From the human T2T-CHM13v2.0 reference genome, Homo sapiens, in assembly GCF_009914755.1 (NCBI RefSeq), contig NC_060937.1: a stretch of DNA of 64,000 bases. One strand, written 5' to 3'. Below the pieces are notes generated by a model. That model ran no database searches, was not told the origin of the DNA, and worked only from the letters and a program-made list of their open reading frames with translations. A program made the translations under genes and the position numbers. The stretch's first letter is position 1, and the number at the start of each line of letters is the position of its first letter. This document shows positions 27,796-42,044 of this stretch, in pieces.

Positions 27796-28398
27796 TGACA
27801 AATTGACAAGAAATAAAAAGATGATTCTAAATTTCATATAAGACATTTGTAGACAAAATTAATTTTGAAAACATAAATATAGAATAATCACTACTTGATT
27901 TCAAGATTTATTAGAAATCTGTAGGTATAAACCAGTATGGCATTGCATAAAGCTTGATAATAGAACATGGAAAAGAATAGAGAATCCAGAAATAATTGCA
28001 CACATATTTAGACAACTCATTCTTAACAAAACTGCAAAAGTAACTCAATTCAGAGAGTACAGTATCTCAATAAATGGATATTTATATGCAAAAATTTAAA
28101 CTTTGCTCCATACCTTGCATCATAGACAAAAGTTAAGTAACATAAATAAATGTTAAACCTAAAACTATAAAACTTCTAGGACAAGATGTAGAAATAAATC
28201 TTTATGATCTGGGGCTAGGCAAATATTTCTTAGAGATAATGTCAAAATCATGATGCAAAGAAAACCTGATAACTTAAATGTCATCAAAATGAAAGACTTC
28301 AATGCTTCAAATTTTACTGTTAAGATAATTAAAAGATAAACCACAGACTAAGAGGGTATATTTGCAGACTAAATATGTAATAAATGACTCATTCCTGA

Positions 28399-28570
28399 AC
28401 AAGTTTCTTAATAGCAGCCTTGTTGACATTTTGGCCTATTTCTTTATGGGATCCTAAGCAGCTTCTTTGGCCTCTATATTCTAGATACTAGTAACATTAC
28501 CTTCCAAACCTCCACAATCCTGACAATATGTCCTATGAGATTACATAATTACTACAGGTTGAAAACTGAC
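28399..28570 (-). mobile_element. MER20 fragment
   Basis: 'ttgacattttggcc...tggcctctatattctagatactagtaaca...ggttgaaaactga' antisense to MER20. Confidence 0.6.
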
Positions 28571-29159
28571 ATAGACAATGTAAAAAACTTAAACAAAATG
28601 GATAAAGTGTCCTGAACAAAATATTTGAACAGAAAATGTTTGTTCAGAAAATGAACAAAATGTTTGAACAGAAAATTCACCAAAAAACATGTGCAGATTG
28701 CAAGTAACCACACAAATAAATGTTCAACTTAAGAATTTATTAGAAAAACATAAATGGAGACCGCAAAGACATATCGCTATAGACCTATTAGAATGACTAC
28801 AATTAAACAGACTATCACAACACATGTCAGTGAAAATGAAGATCAAATAGAAACCTCATCGAGTGCTGTTGGGAAGGTAGAATGGCTTACACTTTGGAAA
28901 ACAGTTTCTTAAAATGTAAAACATACACCTACCATAAAATTTATCCATTCTGCTCCTCAATAATTTTCCAAAAAGAATAAAAGCCTATCTTGACACAAAA
29001 CATACATATTTATAATATCATTATTTGTAATTGCAAAATAAAATTGAATAATGAGGAAACAGGAAATTTCCATCAACAGGCAAATGTATCCAGGAATTAT
29101 AGTATATCTATACAATGGAAGACTACCCTGTAATAAGAAGGGATCAGCTACTGATACTT

Positions 29160-29471
29160 GCAATGACCTGGATAGAGCTGGAGACCATTATCCTTAGCAA
29201 ACTAATGCAGGAACAGAAAACCAAACACGTCAAGTTCTCACTTATAAGTGGAAGCTAAATGATAAGGACACATGGTGGGGAAAAACAGACACTGGGACCT
29301 AGCTGAGGGTGGAAGGTTGGGGGAGGGAGAGGATCAGGAAAAATAATTCATGGGTACTAGGCTTAATACCTAGGTGACAAAATAATCTGTACAACAAACA
29401 CTCGTGACGTAAGTTTGCTTATATAACAAACTTGAACAGGTACAACTGAACTTAAAATAAAAATTAAAAAA
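29160..29471 (+). mobile_element. L1PA13-15-like 3' end inserted in older L1
   Basis: 'attatccttagcaaactaatgcaggaacagaaaaccaaa...ggatcaggaaaaataa...ctgaacttaaaataaaa'. Confidence 0.9.
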
Positions 29472-32465
29472 GAAAGAAGCCAAACATGAATGACTGCAGA
29501 GTATATAAATTTCTTTATATAAAACTATAGATAATACAAACAAATCTATACTACCAGAAAGTAAATCAGTGGTTGCCTAGGGAGTGGGTGATATGAGATA
29601 CAGGAGAGGAATTGTAAAGGAACACAAAAAAACTTCTGGAGCTATGAATAAAATTATCTTGATTTGATCATTTTATTTTGTATACATATGTCAAACCTTG
29701 CTAAATTTTATGATTTAAAAAGTATATAGTTTAGTGCATGCCAATTTTGCTCTAATAAAACTGTTTTCAGAACTCCTAGACTGTAAGAAATCAAGATCAG
29801 AAACTCCATTGCCAAATGGGGCATTCAATATTATAGATTAGTCATAGGGCAAGACAGATACTCATGAATTAGATCTGAAGAAGAAAATCAAAGTGAGGTG
29901 AAAAGAAAATTTGTCTCGATTCTAAATATCTTGAGAATTACATAGAATCACAATAATTCTCTTTTAGTGAAGCAGCAGTTTTTGGGGGGTATTAATACAT
30001 TTTATCTTTGGTAATTCCTATTTACCAGCATTTCTGCAACTTGCATATCCAGAGCCTTGCCTGAGGGACACGGATTAGAGGAGGTTTTGCATAAGGTAAA
30101 AATAATATTTTTATCTGTATATATTATTAAGCCAGAGTTGTGGAGTTTATTGCCCTCTTGAAGAAAGAAAATACAAAGATTTAGTCACCTTGTAAAAGAA
30201 AGAGGAAATTGGAAGTTTGCCCTCTTTTATCCCAAGAAAATTATTGAAAAGAGAGCTAAAATGAAGATTGGGTTGTGTGTTGGAGTGGGGAGCCAGGAGT
30301 CATATCCACCTGACCTTACAAGGGCAAGGGGAAAGAACAAGAGTCGATGGGAAAGAACATATCAGAAATATCAAGATAGGAATGTGAGAACCAAGGAATA
30401 TTATTTGGACTGTTATCATTTATCTTTTGGCATAAATTAGGTATGTTGCAGCCCATAGAAAAGCTCAGGACATAAATGATATCCAACATGGCATGGAGTT
30501 AAAGTAGTGCTTTGTCAGAAGGCAGTGGAGGGATATGTAGAAATCAGAAATTTGTGTGGTTTTGTTGAGGGAAAGCAAACCTCTTGGTGGGCCATCAGAG
30601 GTCTTGCAGAATGCTCCAAGAGGGAGGTATCTTGGGGAATGTAATGACCTTTCAGTAGGTGTCAACATTTGTAAGCATCTTTTTGTGGAAACAACCATTC
30701 CTCAGGAACTGACAACAGTTCAGGCCAGAATCTTTATAAGTACAAGGATACAGATGTCGCTACAAGGTCATGACTCTTCTTTCTCTCATAGTCACGAGTT
30801 TCTATACCTCTACACTCAGAAACTATCTTGGATATGATCAAGGTGAAGCATTTACCCAAACCACACTGAATCATCCAAAAAGCAACCTGAAATAAAAGAC
30901 ATGATAATACTGTAAATTGTTAAATTAAAAGAAGATAATATTAACATGATAGAGCAATGTTTTGGGATGATTGCATTAATTAAAATAAGAAATACTGTAT
31001 TTTCTTTGCAAATATGAGCACAGTGTTTACAGATTTTAACCTTATTGCATTCTTTAAGTAAGTAACTGGATTTGAAACAATAGGACATGTGATTTCAGCT
31101 ACAATGAGTGGAGCAAAAAGGAAGGAATTAAGCGAAACGAAAGTGTAAATAGAAGTATATGCCAGTAAATCAGAATGAAGATGAAAGTTATATACTTTTA
31201 AATATGTACTGAATCTGTTTCCTCGCAATAAAAAGTAGCATAAAAATTTATCAACTGAAAAAGTGGCATTTATTTTCTTTCAAAAGATGCTTATCTTTAA
31301 TAGCATTTTTAAGGCTACTATTTAGCATGAAAATTTAATACGCTGTCCTTTGTCAATGGGCAAGGGTCTTTCATAAATATTCCCTAAACACTCTTGCAAC
31401 ATTCAAGGTGATTTGCTTTAAATGGCAGAGCAAATATCTGAAACCAGTTTCTTAAAATCAGCTTAGATTTCAGCAGGTCTGAAAAAAGAACAGATTTGTA
31501 CTTGAATAGTTTCCAAGCAATCTGTTTAGTTCTGCGTATGCTTCAATTCAATTTCATGGCAATTTCATAAACAGGTTGCATTTTAATCCACTGTGCTATT
31601 AAACTGATAGCTATCACTTTTTCTTTGAGTGCCATACTATGGGTATACAATACAAATTAAAATGAGAGAACATTTTTAAAGGATCTGTAGTTTGAATAGT
31701 TTCTCAATAATTCTTCAATTTTTCCTTTCTGACAATGTAATGATTTGGGGTTGCATTTTTTACTGAGAAGTATTGCTATATTTTCACATTTTTAATAATC
31801 TCGTTCATGCTGAGTGCATTCACTTAGCTGGATTAGTGTTAGAAAGTTTTGGGAGCAGATACTTGAACTATAACTCATAGAAGTGACTATATGTGATTAT
31901 TAGATGCTAGAAAGATGTTAAAAAGTAAAAGAATGCCTAACAGGAAGCTTTGCCCTGTAAGAGATTTTCAACATGTTTTGAAAAAATATCTCTATTCTAT
32001 TTTCTCATCTTATTTCTACCTTGTTCCAGTTTTATAAATGAGTAAACAATGGATTTAGTTTTTTAAATTGTTTTTCTTTACTGTGACAAATGCTTACATT
32101 AAACTTAGGGAAAATGAAATTTCCTCAAGATATGAGATTAATATTTTTACTATTTGGTATAATATGGCATTATTAGAAAACTATAAAAAATAAAAAGAAT
32201 TTATCAATGATTCAATTCAAAATTGAATTGAAGGTGATGCATAGACTTCTGTCATATTAAAAAAATTATCATTTGAACAGCAATCCTTTTACCTAATATT
32301 GTTATACATGACAATTAAATCCACTTTATGTTTTATGGAAAATTTTATATATTTATATTCTAGACTGATGAAATTTGATGTTAAAGATCATAATTAGAAA
32401 CTCTCCTAGCATCAAATGTACCAACTTGAAAATCTATGTGACTTGCTTAAGAAAATAAAAATGTA

Positions 32466-32808
<343 letters not shown>

Positions 32809-33064
32809 TTAAAGATGCTACCTTTGAAAAAATTTAATCATTTCTTCAGTGAAAACACAATCGGAAGAGTTAAATTATACAAGTTAGAATTGTAAGTGAA
32901 ATAGAAAATAATTGTAATTGAAATGTTAAAAATAATAATGAATCTTTTAGAGCAAGCTGTTTTTAAGTTCATAGACAATCTCCATCATCATGATTGATTT
33001 GATTTTGATTAGTTGTTTTCTTCCAAGTTGACAGTAGCTTGGCTTTTTAAAATAAATAAAATCT

Positions 33065-33344
33065 TCCAGGCACGATGGCTCACACCTGTAAACCTAGCAC
33101 TTTGGAAGGCCCAGGTGGGAGGATCACTTGAGGACAGGAATCTAAGACCAGCCTGGAGAACATAGTGAGACCCGATCTCTCCAAAGAAATTAAAAGATTA
33201 GCCAGGCAGGGTGGCACAGGACTGTAGTTCCAGCTACTTGGGAGGGTGATGCTGGAGCCCAGGAATGAGAAGCTGCGATGATCTATGAAAGTGCCACTGC
33301 ACTCCAGCCTGAGTGACAAGCAAGATTGCATCTCAAAAAAAAAA
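33065..33344 (+). mobile_element. AluJ
   Basis: 'ggaggatcacttgagg', 'aacatagtgagaccc', 'gagcccagga'; diverged. Confidence 0.9.
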
Positions 33345-34377
33345 GTAAAAACTTCATATGTCTTAAAATGTAAACGCAGCCTTCTATTTCACTTTATGTA
33401 AATATTCTTACATTTGACATGGACCTAGTAAAAGGTCAATATGGTCATAGTTCTTAAGTTCTTTAAATTCAACTTCTTATTGGTATGAGAATAACAAAAA
33501 GAATAATTCAGTCACATGAGATTATTACAAAGTTTACACAGAGAAGACCTGAAAATTTGTACAATGCTGAAATACAGTGATAAAGTCTGTAATAACAAGA
33601 TACGATTACAACTTATGCATGACAGTAGACAATGATATATACCCAAAACAACCTCTTAGATTTCATTTACAATATTTTTGTTATCTCCTTAAGTTAGAAG
33701 GATCAGGAATTCCAGTGGTCATCAGGGTATCTTTTTTACAGATTCTGCTAAAATCTTCTACAAATTATTGCTAATGGGTTATTTGGCTCTTGATTATTGG
33801 TTTGTAATTGCCACAGCCATTTCTTATTTGATCCATGGCTTATTTAAAAGTGTTTTTTTTAATTTAAAAAATAGAGTGTTCTAAATATATTTTGTTATCA
33901 AAGTTCTGTTTAATTTTATGATGGATTCTGCTTTATGCACTAGTATGTGGTATAATATAGCCCAAGCCACTTGAAATAAGAGGCTATACGTAATCTCTGT
34001 GAGCAGCTAGCCCAGAGTCCATACATCACTGTGCACCACTCTTGCAGTAGTGCTTTATCCCCAGTTTGCACCTATGACCACAGAGGGTGAGGTCTCACAG
34101 AATAAACTGAAAAAGAGAAAGCAAGCTTAACTATGAAAATTTTACTGAAGGCTGTAGCTAGTTGAATGAGGCAAGAAAAAGAAATGAAAGGCACACAGAT
34201 TAGAAAGGAAGAAGTAAAACTGTCTTTAATAGCAGGTAACATGGTTCTTCATGTAAAAAATCATAAGGAATAAGCACAACACATTTGCACACACACACAC
34301 TACTTGAACTATTTAAATTTAGTAAGATGATGGGATGCAAGATTGATATTTAAACATCAATTTATATATAACATTTC

Positions 34378-34881
34378 TGTCCAGATGACAAGGTGACAAT
34401 TGCCCACAATGAGCTTTTTTTGGATGGTCTCCTTCTACGGAAAAATACCCTCTTATACAACTTGTCAAAGCACTGTCCAAAGACAGTCTTATGAAGTTGT
34501 CACCCAGAAAGGTAGGAGGGTAAGGGAACTCCCAGGGGAAAGGGAAATTGGAGAGGGAGCTTGTGTGTCTGGGTGATGTTGCACAGCAGCACAATGGAAA
34601 ATCCTTGGGTTAGAGAAACCAGAAAGGGAGCAGTGAGTTGGTGCCTTATTTAGACTGAGGGTGTGTTTGATGAATGGCTAGCATATGTTGGGTACAGTTT
34701 TGCATGGTATGCAAAGCAGACTAGCTCTAAATGACTAAAAGTATGCTTATTTGGGCTATATTTAAAGCAATTGTATGTGTATTTTGTTTAGTGTCTGTGG
34801 ACTTTTGAGCTAACAGGCCCAGCCTGCTGTAAAGAAGTTAACAGCATAGAGATCAATATACAGGGACTATCTTTAACCTAT

Positions 34882-34891
<10 letters not shown>
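34378..34891 (-). mobile_element. MER76-like ERVL LTR
   Basis: 'ggtatgcaaagcag...gcttatttgggctatatttaaa...cttttgagctaac...cagcctgctgtaaagaa'; family from recall. Confidence 0.7.

Positions 34892-34917
<26 letters not shown>
34889..34917. repeat. (CA)n microsatellite
   Basis: About 14 units. Confidence 0.95.
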
Positions 34918-34919
<2 letters not shown>

Positions 34920-35862
34920 TATAAGCAAAAATCAATTGAGCATTAAATTAGGGAACCAATTTGATTTATAATAGCATCAAGTAAAATAAAATACAAGGGA
35001 ATATATTTAACCAAACCAGCCTGTAAGCTGAAAAGTACAAAATATTCCTGAGAGAGATTTAATAAGATGTGAATAATTGAGATAATTCCATATCCATAAA
35101 TGGGAAGACTCAATGTTGCACACATGCTAATTCTCCACAAATTGACCTATCAATTTAATACCAGCTCTCTCAAAACTCCAACAGGAAATTTCAGAGAAAT
35201 TGATAACCTGATTCTAAAACTCACATAATAATTAAAAGAACTTAGGATAGCCATAAAAATTTAACAAAGAACAAAGTTTGTGGGCTTGCCCTTCGTGATA
35301 TCAATACTTATAAAGCAACATCAATTTAAATAGTGTGGTATCGATGTCATGACAGACAAGTAAATTAAAGCAAAAGCATGGGATCTAGAAACATCTATAC
35401 ATGTCTGCTGAGTTGATTTTCAACAAAGTTGCAAGGGAAATTTCGTACAAAAATGTTAGTCTTGGTGACCTTAGTCCCAGCACCCATATGGGACAGGATA
35501 TCTACCTCCAAGTAAATGAACTTAAACCCTTACTACACATATACAAAAGTTTAGCTCAAAATGGATCACAGACTTCACTGAAAAGCTATGTCCATAAAAT
35601 TTCTAGAAGAAAACAAAGCGCAAAATCTTCATGACCTTTGTTTAGACAGATACTTTTTAAGATATAACAACAAAAACATAATCTATACAAGGGAAAAAAA
35701 CATTAATTGAACTTCTTCAAGTTTAAAGAAATAAAAAATAAATTGTTCTTCCAAAGACGTTAATAAGAAAACTAACAGAGAAGCCCAGGCTGGGAAAAAC
35801 TCTTAAAGTTTCATATTTGATGAAGAACTTGCATCCAGTATACACATAAAAGAATACTTAAG

Positions 35863-36185
35863 GGCCGGGCACGGTGACTCACGCCTGTAATCCCAGCACT
35901 TTGGGAGGCTGAGGCGGGCGGATCACGAGATCAGGAGAGCAAGACCATCCTGGCTAACACGGTTAAGCCCCATCTCTACTAAAAATACAAAAAATTAGCC
36001 GGGTGTGGTGGCACGTGCCTGTAGTCCCAGCTACTCAGGAGGCTGAGGCAGAAGAATGGCGTGAACCCGGGAAGCAGAGCTTGCAGTGAGCCGAAGTCCC
36101 GCCACTGCAATCCAGCCTGGGAGACAGAGAGAGACTACGTCTCAAAAAAAAAATAATGACAATAATAAATAAAAATAAATTTAAG
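35863..36185 (+). mobile_element. AluY
   Basis: 'gaccatcctggctaacacgg', 'gaatggcgtgaacccggg'; TSD aaaagaatactta. Confidence 0.95.
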
Positions 36186-36392
36186 AAAAGAATACTTACA
36201 ACTTAATAATAAGAAGAAAAATAACCCAAAAATATTTGGAAAGACACTTCATCAAAAACATTTATGAATGGCAAATAAGCATATGAAAATATGCTTGGCA
36301 TCACTGGTAACTTAATATTCAATGAGATACCATTATACATCTATTGAATTGACTATAACGAAAAAGAATGACCATACAAAATATTGGCAGAG

Positions 36393-37150
36393 CATCAGAG
36401 AAATGCAAATCAAAACCACAATGAGATGCCATCTCACACCAGTTAGAATGGCGATCCTTAAAAAGTCAGAAAACAGGTGCTGGAGAGGATGTGGAGAAAT
36501 AGGAACACTTTTACACTGTTGGTGGGACTGTAAACTAGTTCAACCATTGTGGAAGTCAGTGTGGTGATTCCTCAGGGATCTAGAACTAGAAATACCATTT
36601 GACCCAGCCATCCCATTACTGGGTATATACCCAAAGGATTATAAATCCTGCTGCTATAAAGACACATGCACCCATATGCTTACTGCATCACTATTCACAA
36701 TAGCAAAGACTTGGAACCAACCCAAATGTCCAACAATGATAGATTGGATTAAGAAAATGTGGCACATATACACCATGGAATACTATGCAGCCATAAAAAA
36801 TAATGAGTTCATGTCCTTTGTAGGGACATGGATGAAACTGGAAATGATCATTCTCAGCAAACTATCTCAAGAACAAAAAACCAAACAGTGCATGTTCTCA
36901 CTCATAGGTGGGAATTGAACAATGAGAACACATGGACACAGGAAGGGGAACATCACACTCCGGGGACTGTTGCGGGGTGAGGGGAGAGGGAAGGGATAGC
37001 ATTATGACGAATTAATGGGTGCAGCATACCAACATGGCACATGTGTACATATGTAACAAGCCTGCACATTGTGCATATGTACCCTAAAACTTAAAGTATA
37101 AGAATAACAAAATTAAAAAAAAAAGAAAAAAAAGGAAATGTCAAAAAAAT
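36393..37150 (+). mobile_element. 5'-truncated young L1PA (PA4-7-like), about 760 bp
   Basis: ORF2 C-terminal peptides '[16 protein letters not shown]', 'WNQPKCPTMIDWIKKMWHIYTMEYY'; TSD atattggcagag (36381-36392, 37151-37162). Confidence 0.97.
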
Positions 37151-37497
37151 ATATTGGCAGAGATATGAATGAACTAGAACTCTCATATTCTGTGGGTGAT
37201 AATGTGAAATATAACCATCACTTTGAAACACAGTTTAGCATTTTCTTAAAAAATTAACACATGGCTACTTCAGAGCCCAGAGCCCAGCATTTTCACTCCT
37301 AATCATGTACCATCAGAATGTAATAATCAGATCTCCAGTTAAAGGGAACCTAATTAATTGACCACCCCAGCTGCTTAACTCAGGTTTTTAAAATTATTAA
37401 AATAATTTCAAAAGCATTGTATAGTACTTGACCTATAGTAAACTATTCTTATTGTTAAATAGTAACCCAAATTCTTATTTTATTGCATGTATTTATT

Positions 37498-37801
<304 letters not shown>

Positions 37802-37802
37802 T

Positions 37803-38525
37803 ATGTATTTAATTTTTATATGACAAATAAAAATTGTATTTATGATGTACAACATGTTTTGATATATGTATACATTGTGAAGTTTTTTAGATAGTGCTTT
37901 GACACTCTTGTCATACATATGTATGACACACTTGCATGCACATATTTCCAGGTCTTTTTGGACATATTTGATATATATATATACATTGAAACCTCACAAA
38001 CTCATTATTGTTTTTTTTGTGATGAGGAAACTTAAAATCTGCTCTTAGCAATGTTCAAGTATACAATACATTGTTCTTAAGTATAGTTACCATATGTTCT
38101 TTGTATTCCGCAACTTTACTAAATGTGTTTATCAAATCGAAGAGTTTTTGGTAAAGTACTTAGGTTTTTCTAAATGTAAAATTATGTCATCTGTAAAGAG
38201 GGACAACTTTCTTTTCTCCAATTTGGATTCCTTTTATTTTTGTCCTCTTACCTGATTGCTCTGGCTAAGACTTTCAGTAACATGTTGCATAGGATATATA
38301 TTATATATTATTGTATCATATTATACATATTATATAATATATATCATATATATATATATCATACCACATTATCCATTGATGAACACCTAGGTTGATTTCA
38401 TATCTTGTCTGCTGTGAATTGTTGCTGCAATGAACATGGGCAGGCAGCTATCTCTTCAAGACACTGACATCGTTTTTTGGGGGGTATATAGCCAGTATTT
38501 GGATTGGCAAATCATATGGTTTAAC
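37803..38525 (-). mobile_element. L1MA 3' fragments with (TA)n-rich interruption
   Basis: 'gacaaataaaaattgtatttatgatgtacaacatgttttga', 'atccattgatgaacacctaggttgattt'. Confidence 0.75.
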
Positions 38526-38549
38526 TCTGAAATTGATTCGTGTTTTTGC

Positions 38550-38885
38550 ACAAGATCACACTTCCCATGAGCTGCTTCTAGTCAATAACTGATCATGATA
38601 GAACTTACTGGCACAGGCTAATGACTGAGGGATAAAGAATTTCTTCGGTAGTGGACTTTGACTTGAGGATTGTCGTCTTGCTAAATTGTCCTTAGATGCA
38701 GCCTAAGCAGTGTAGGCTAAGATGCTCCCTCTTAGCTATCTTTCCTTTATTCTTTCCTTCATTTGGGGTCAGAGTTGCATTGTACTCTGGCATCTCTCCC
38801 AGCCTCCTCCAACAGTCATTGCCTTTCCCTTTGGAGTAATCTTGATAGGTTTCGTATTATTTATAATTTGGTTCCTGAGAATGTT
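38550..38885 (+). mobile_element. LTR16-like ERVL LTR fragment
   Basis: 'cttcccatgagctgcttctagtcaataactga', 'gactttgacttgagga', 'ggggtcagagttgcattg'. Confidence 0.6.
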
Positions 38886-38939
38886 CTTCATTCTCAAAAT
38901 ATATGTGGTATCTCATTATTTTCTTTACTTTCAATTCTT

Positions 38940-39810
38940 TTGTTTGCAGTATAATATTTTCTTCTCACCTAGTTTTATATTTAAAAATCCTTTTTGCATG
39001 TGTTTATAGTCTGCTATTTGTCTAGACATTTAATAATTAATTCATGTTTTTGAATTTTTATAGGCTGAAATTTAATTTGATTCCATTCATAGGTTTTCTT
39101 CTGTGCTGAAATGTTCTGTTTTTAATTTTTTGAATTTATTTAATCACAAATATTTTAAAGCTCTTACAAGATAATTCCATTATATTGAAATTCTGTGTGT
39201 ATATTCATAATTTTCTGCTCTTTTGTTTTTCATTCATCATGTTTTCTTATTTTGCCTGGTTGTTTTTGATAGAGTACAAGACATTACATTAGAAAAAAAA
39301 TACAGGTAATTTGATGGTGAATAATGTTATCTTACTCCAGAAGAAATTTAGGTTTCTGTCTAGTGATGAATCTAATGACCCTTGCAATCCTAGATTACAT
39401 TTAGTCAATAGAAAATTGATAAAATTTGAAACTGGGTTTTAGTCTCTGTGAGTGTTAGTTTGTATTGCATTCATTATTAGTGCTAGAGTGTAGCATTTCC
39501 AAGTATAGACAGAAGTTTTGGGAAGTCTCTGATCTCTAATTTTTATCCTTTTTGCTCTGTGAACCTGCCTACATCTCTGCTCAGGTCCACAGTCTTTTAG
39601 CTACTGCTTGTAAAAATGGCAAATTCATCTAGAGGAACATATTGCTAAATGTTGACTCACCTCTCTGAACATTGTTTCTCAACCAGATTAGAGGTTAGTC
39701 CCACATATCTTTCTTGCCTTGCTAGTTCTGGAAGGCATGTTTTTTTTTTTTTAATTATGTCAAGTTTTTCTGAATGTTCTAAGTGATAAGGTTAGTCTAA
39801 AATTTCCTTG
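38940..39810 (-). mobile_element. Very old L1/HAL1-like 5'/ORF1 remnant
   Basis: T-rich antisense LINE-like sequence ('aatttgattccattc', 'attttaaagctcttacaagataattcc'); low certainty. Confidence 0.45.
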
Positions 39811-42044
39811 CTGAAAAAGCATTACCTAATAGTATTATAATGATACAGCAAATGATTTTTAGCTTTGATAGCCATGTATGGTATATCAGTCTCATTGAGG
39901 AATCTCACTACAGCACCAGCAGCAAGTCTCACACCTGGCAGGGAATTATGGATATCTAACAGCTACAATATAGTGGCCAGGTGGTAAGATCCATTTCCCA
40001 CTCATGTCATATGGAAAATGGCCTTTGTCTGGGTCCCTTCGTAACAATTAGGAGGTCAGAATCAAAATTTTGCATCTATACACTATTATGACTTCATTTG
40101 CACTCATGGCTGGCAAACTTACGTACATTTTTATTATACAAGGAATACATGTCATAAAGAAAACCATATTCTTAGAAATAATCAGAAAGTACTTCTTATG
40201 AATTTTGACCTACAGTGAACTTCTTAAAATAAAGTATAAGAAGCAAAAGTAATTATAATAATTCAACTTATACTTAGTAGTGTTTTTGAGTTTCATAGTT
40301 GGTTAATTGAGTCTGAGGTTCACCCATGGAGGATTCTATAAGAAAAGAGAGAACTAATTCTGTAACCACAGAGATTGCTGGAAAGATGATGCCTATATGA
40401 AAATTATCTTAAATACATAACCTTGCCAATAAGGTACTCAAATCAAAGTAAAATGTCTTTCAAAAATCCTTTATTAAGGAAATTGTTTGGTCAAGACTTT
40501 TCATTTCACCAAAAGTTATTTAATGAAAAACAAAAATAGCTAGTTTTGTGACTCTTTTTTAATTTTCATGTATAACAAAGCCAACAGTGTCTTAACTAGC
40601 ATCCTGGACAGAGATGAAAATATATAGTGCTTTATTTTGTATGCATCTAGAAATGTTAAAATTCACTAAGGGAGTATTATCTAGATTCTTAATAAGGACA
40701 TTTGAAATGAAATCTCCTTAGATTATTCATTATTATTATGCATTAATAATAGGCCAATTCTGACTCAAGTCAAAAATTGATTTTGATAAATGTTCATAAT
40801 TACTCTCCAAATAAAGCTTTTTTTGTGAATACAATATTAAAACTTACGATATTAAAAGACAGAACTGTAGAATATGGTTAATATAATTTGATTGCATTAT
40901 TGTGAAAATTTAAGAGAACAATCATTTTATGCTAAATTCAAAAACAATCATTTACAGGATAATTTTTGAAAATAATTAATTTTATATAATTGAAATACAT
41001 ATAGCTGGGGATAGCAAGTAGCTCTATCATATTAATTCAGCTTGGACTCAGCTGATTTCTATTATCCCTTTCATTTATTCATTGCTTAAAAAGGCTAGAA
41101 TTCAACCAGTTTTCAAAATTTACAAAGTATACTTTATACTAATCTGTTTTTATTAATATTATTTAAACTCTTAGAAAACTACTTAAGATAAATAAAAAAA
41201 GTTGTTTACAAGAATTTGTCACTGCAAATGGATGAAAGTGCTGTTCTGATGAGTATTTGCCACCTTTCAGAAAAGAATATGGCAGTTTTGATAAATGTCA
41301 AAATAAAAGAAATGGAAAAAAAGATGGTGGTATTATTACTTAACACAACACTGTGAAGTAGTTGATATTATTATTTTATAGATAACCAAGTTGTTAATTG
41401 GTTACATAACTTGGTCTGTATCATATATACATTAATTTTCAGAAGTTTTATAAAATTAAGGTCTGATTTAATTTTCAAGGTAAGAAAGAGGAACATAGAA
41501 GGGAAAGGTAAGGTTGGAAAAAATTTGTAAATATCAAAAGTTGGAATCGTATTTTGATTTTCATTTTCACGGGAAAAAAAGTGAGTCCATATCTGTATGT
41601 CAAAATACCAGAGAAAACTATTACCCCTAAACAAGCTTCGTATCATAACCAAAAGGAATAAATATAAAGCATAAATAGAAAAAGGTATCAAAGCATCCAA
41701 CTGTCTCATGCACTATAACAAAATATCTGGATATTACAAAATAGTCAGAAAATTGATTGAATTTCTGTTAACAAGTGCAATAATGAGTTTTGATGTTGAA
41801 TCATTTAAGCCTTGCATTATTGAAGACAAAGTTTTACTCAATATTGTTCTTTTTTAGCAAGAAGATTAGCAGCTGACATGTATACTCTCTGCCCTTTTTT
41901 CACTTTTTCTTATTCCACTGAAAATGCATTCATACCTACACACTCATGCACACACAAAATCTCACAATACACTTTTAATATTTTATTCTGGTACTTGCAT
42001 CTCCAGAAACACCCACTGTTTATTTCATTTACTTCACAAAGGAG

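Larger units (their letters stand above)
23830..29765 (+). mobile_element. Ancient long L1M element (5'UTR, ORF1, ORF2 3' half, 3'UTR) split by nested insertions
   Basis: 5' 'agacttccagtt...aaaatatatgaaacaatgg'; ORF1-like 24600-25430; ORF2-like 27800-29160; 3'UTR 'aaagtaaatcagtggttgcctaggg...ctaataaaactgtt'; may be more than one element. Confidence 0.65.
34140..37310 (+). mobile_element. Old L1M ORF2/3' segment, host of MER76, AluY and L1PA
   Basis: 'aggcaagaaaaagaaatgaaaggcacacagattagaaaggaagaagtaaaactgtc', 'tgggaagactcaatgttg', 'atgagataccattatacatct'. Confidence 0.75.
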
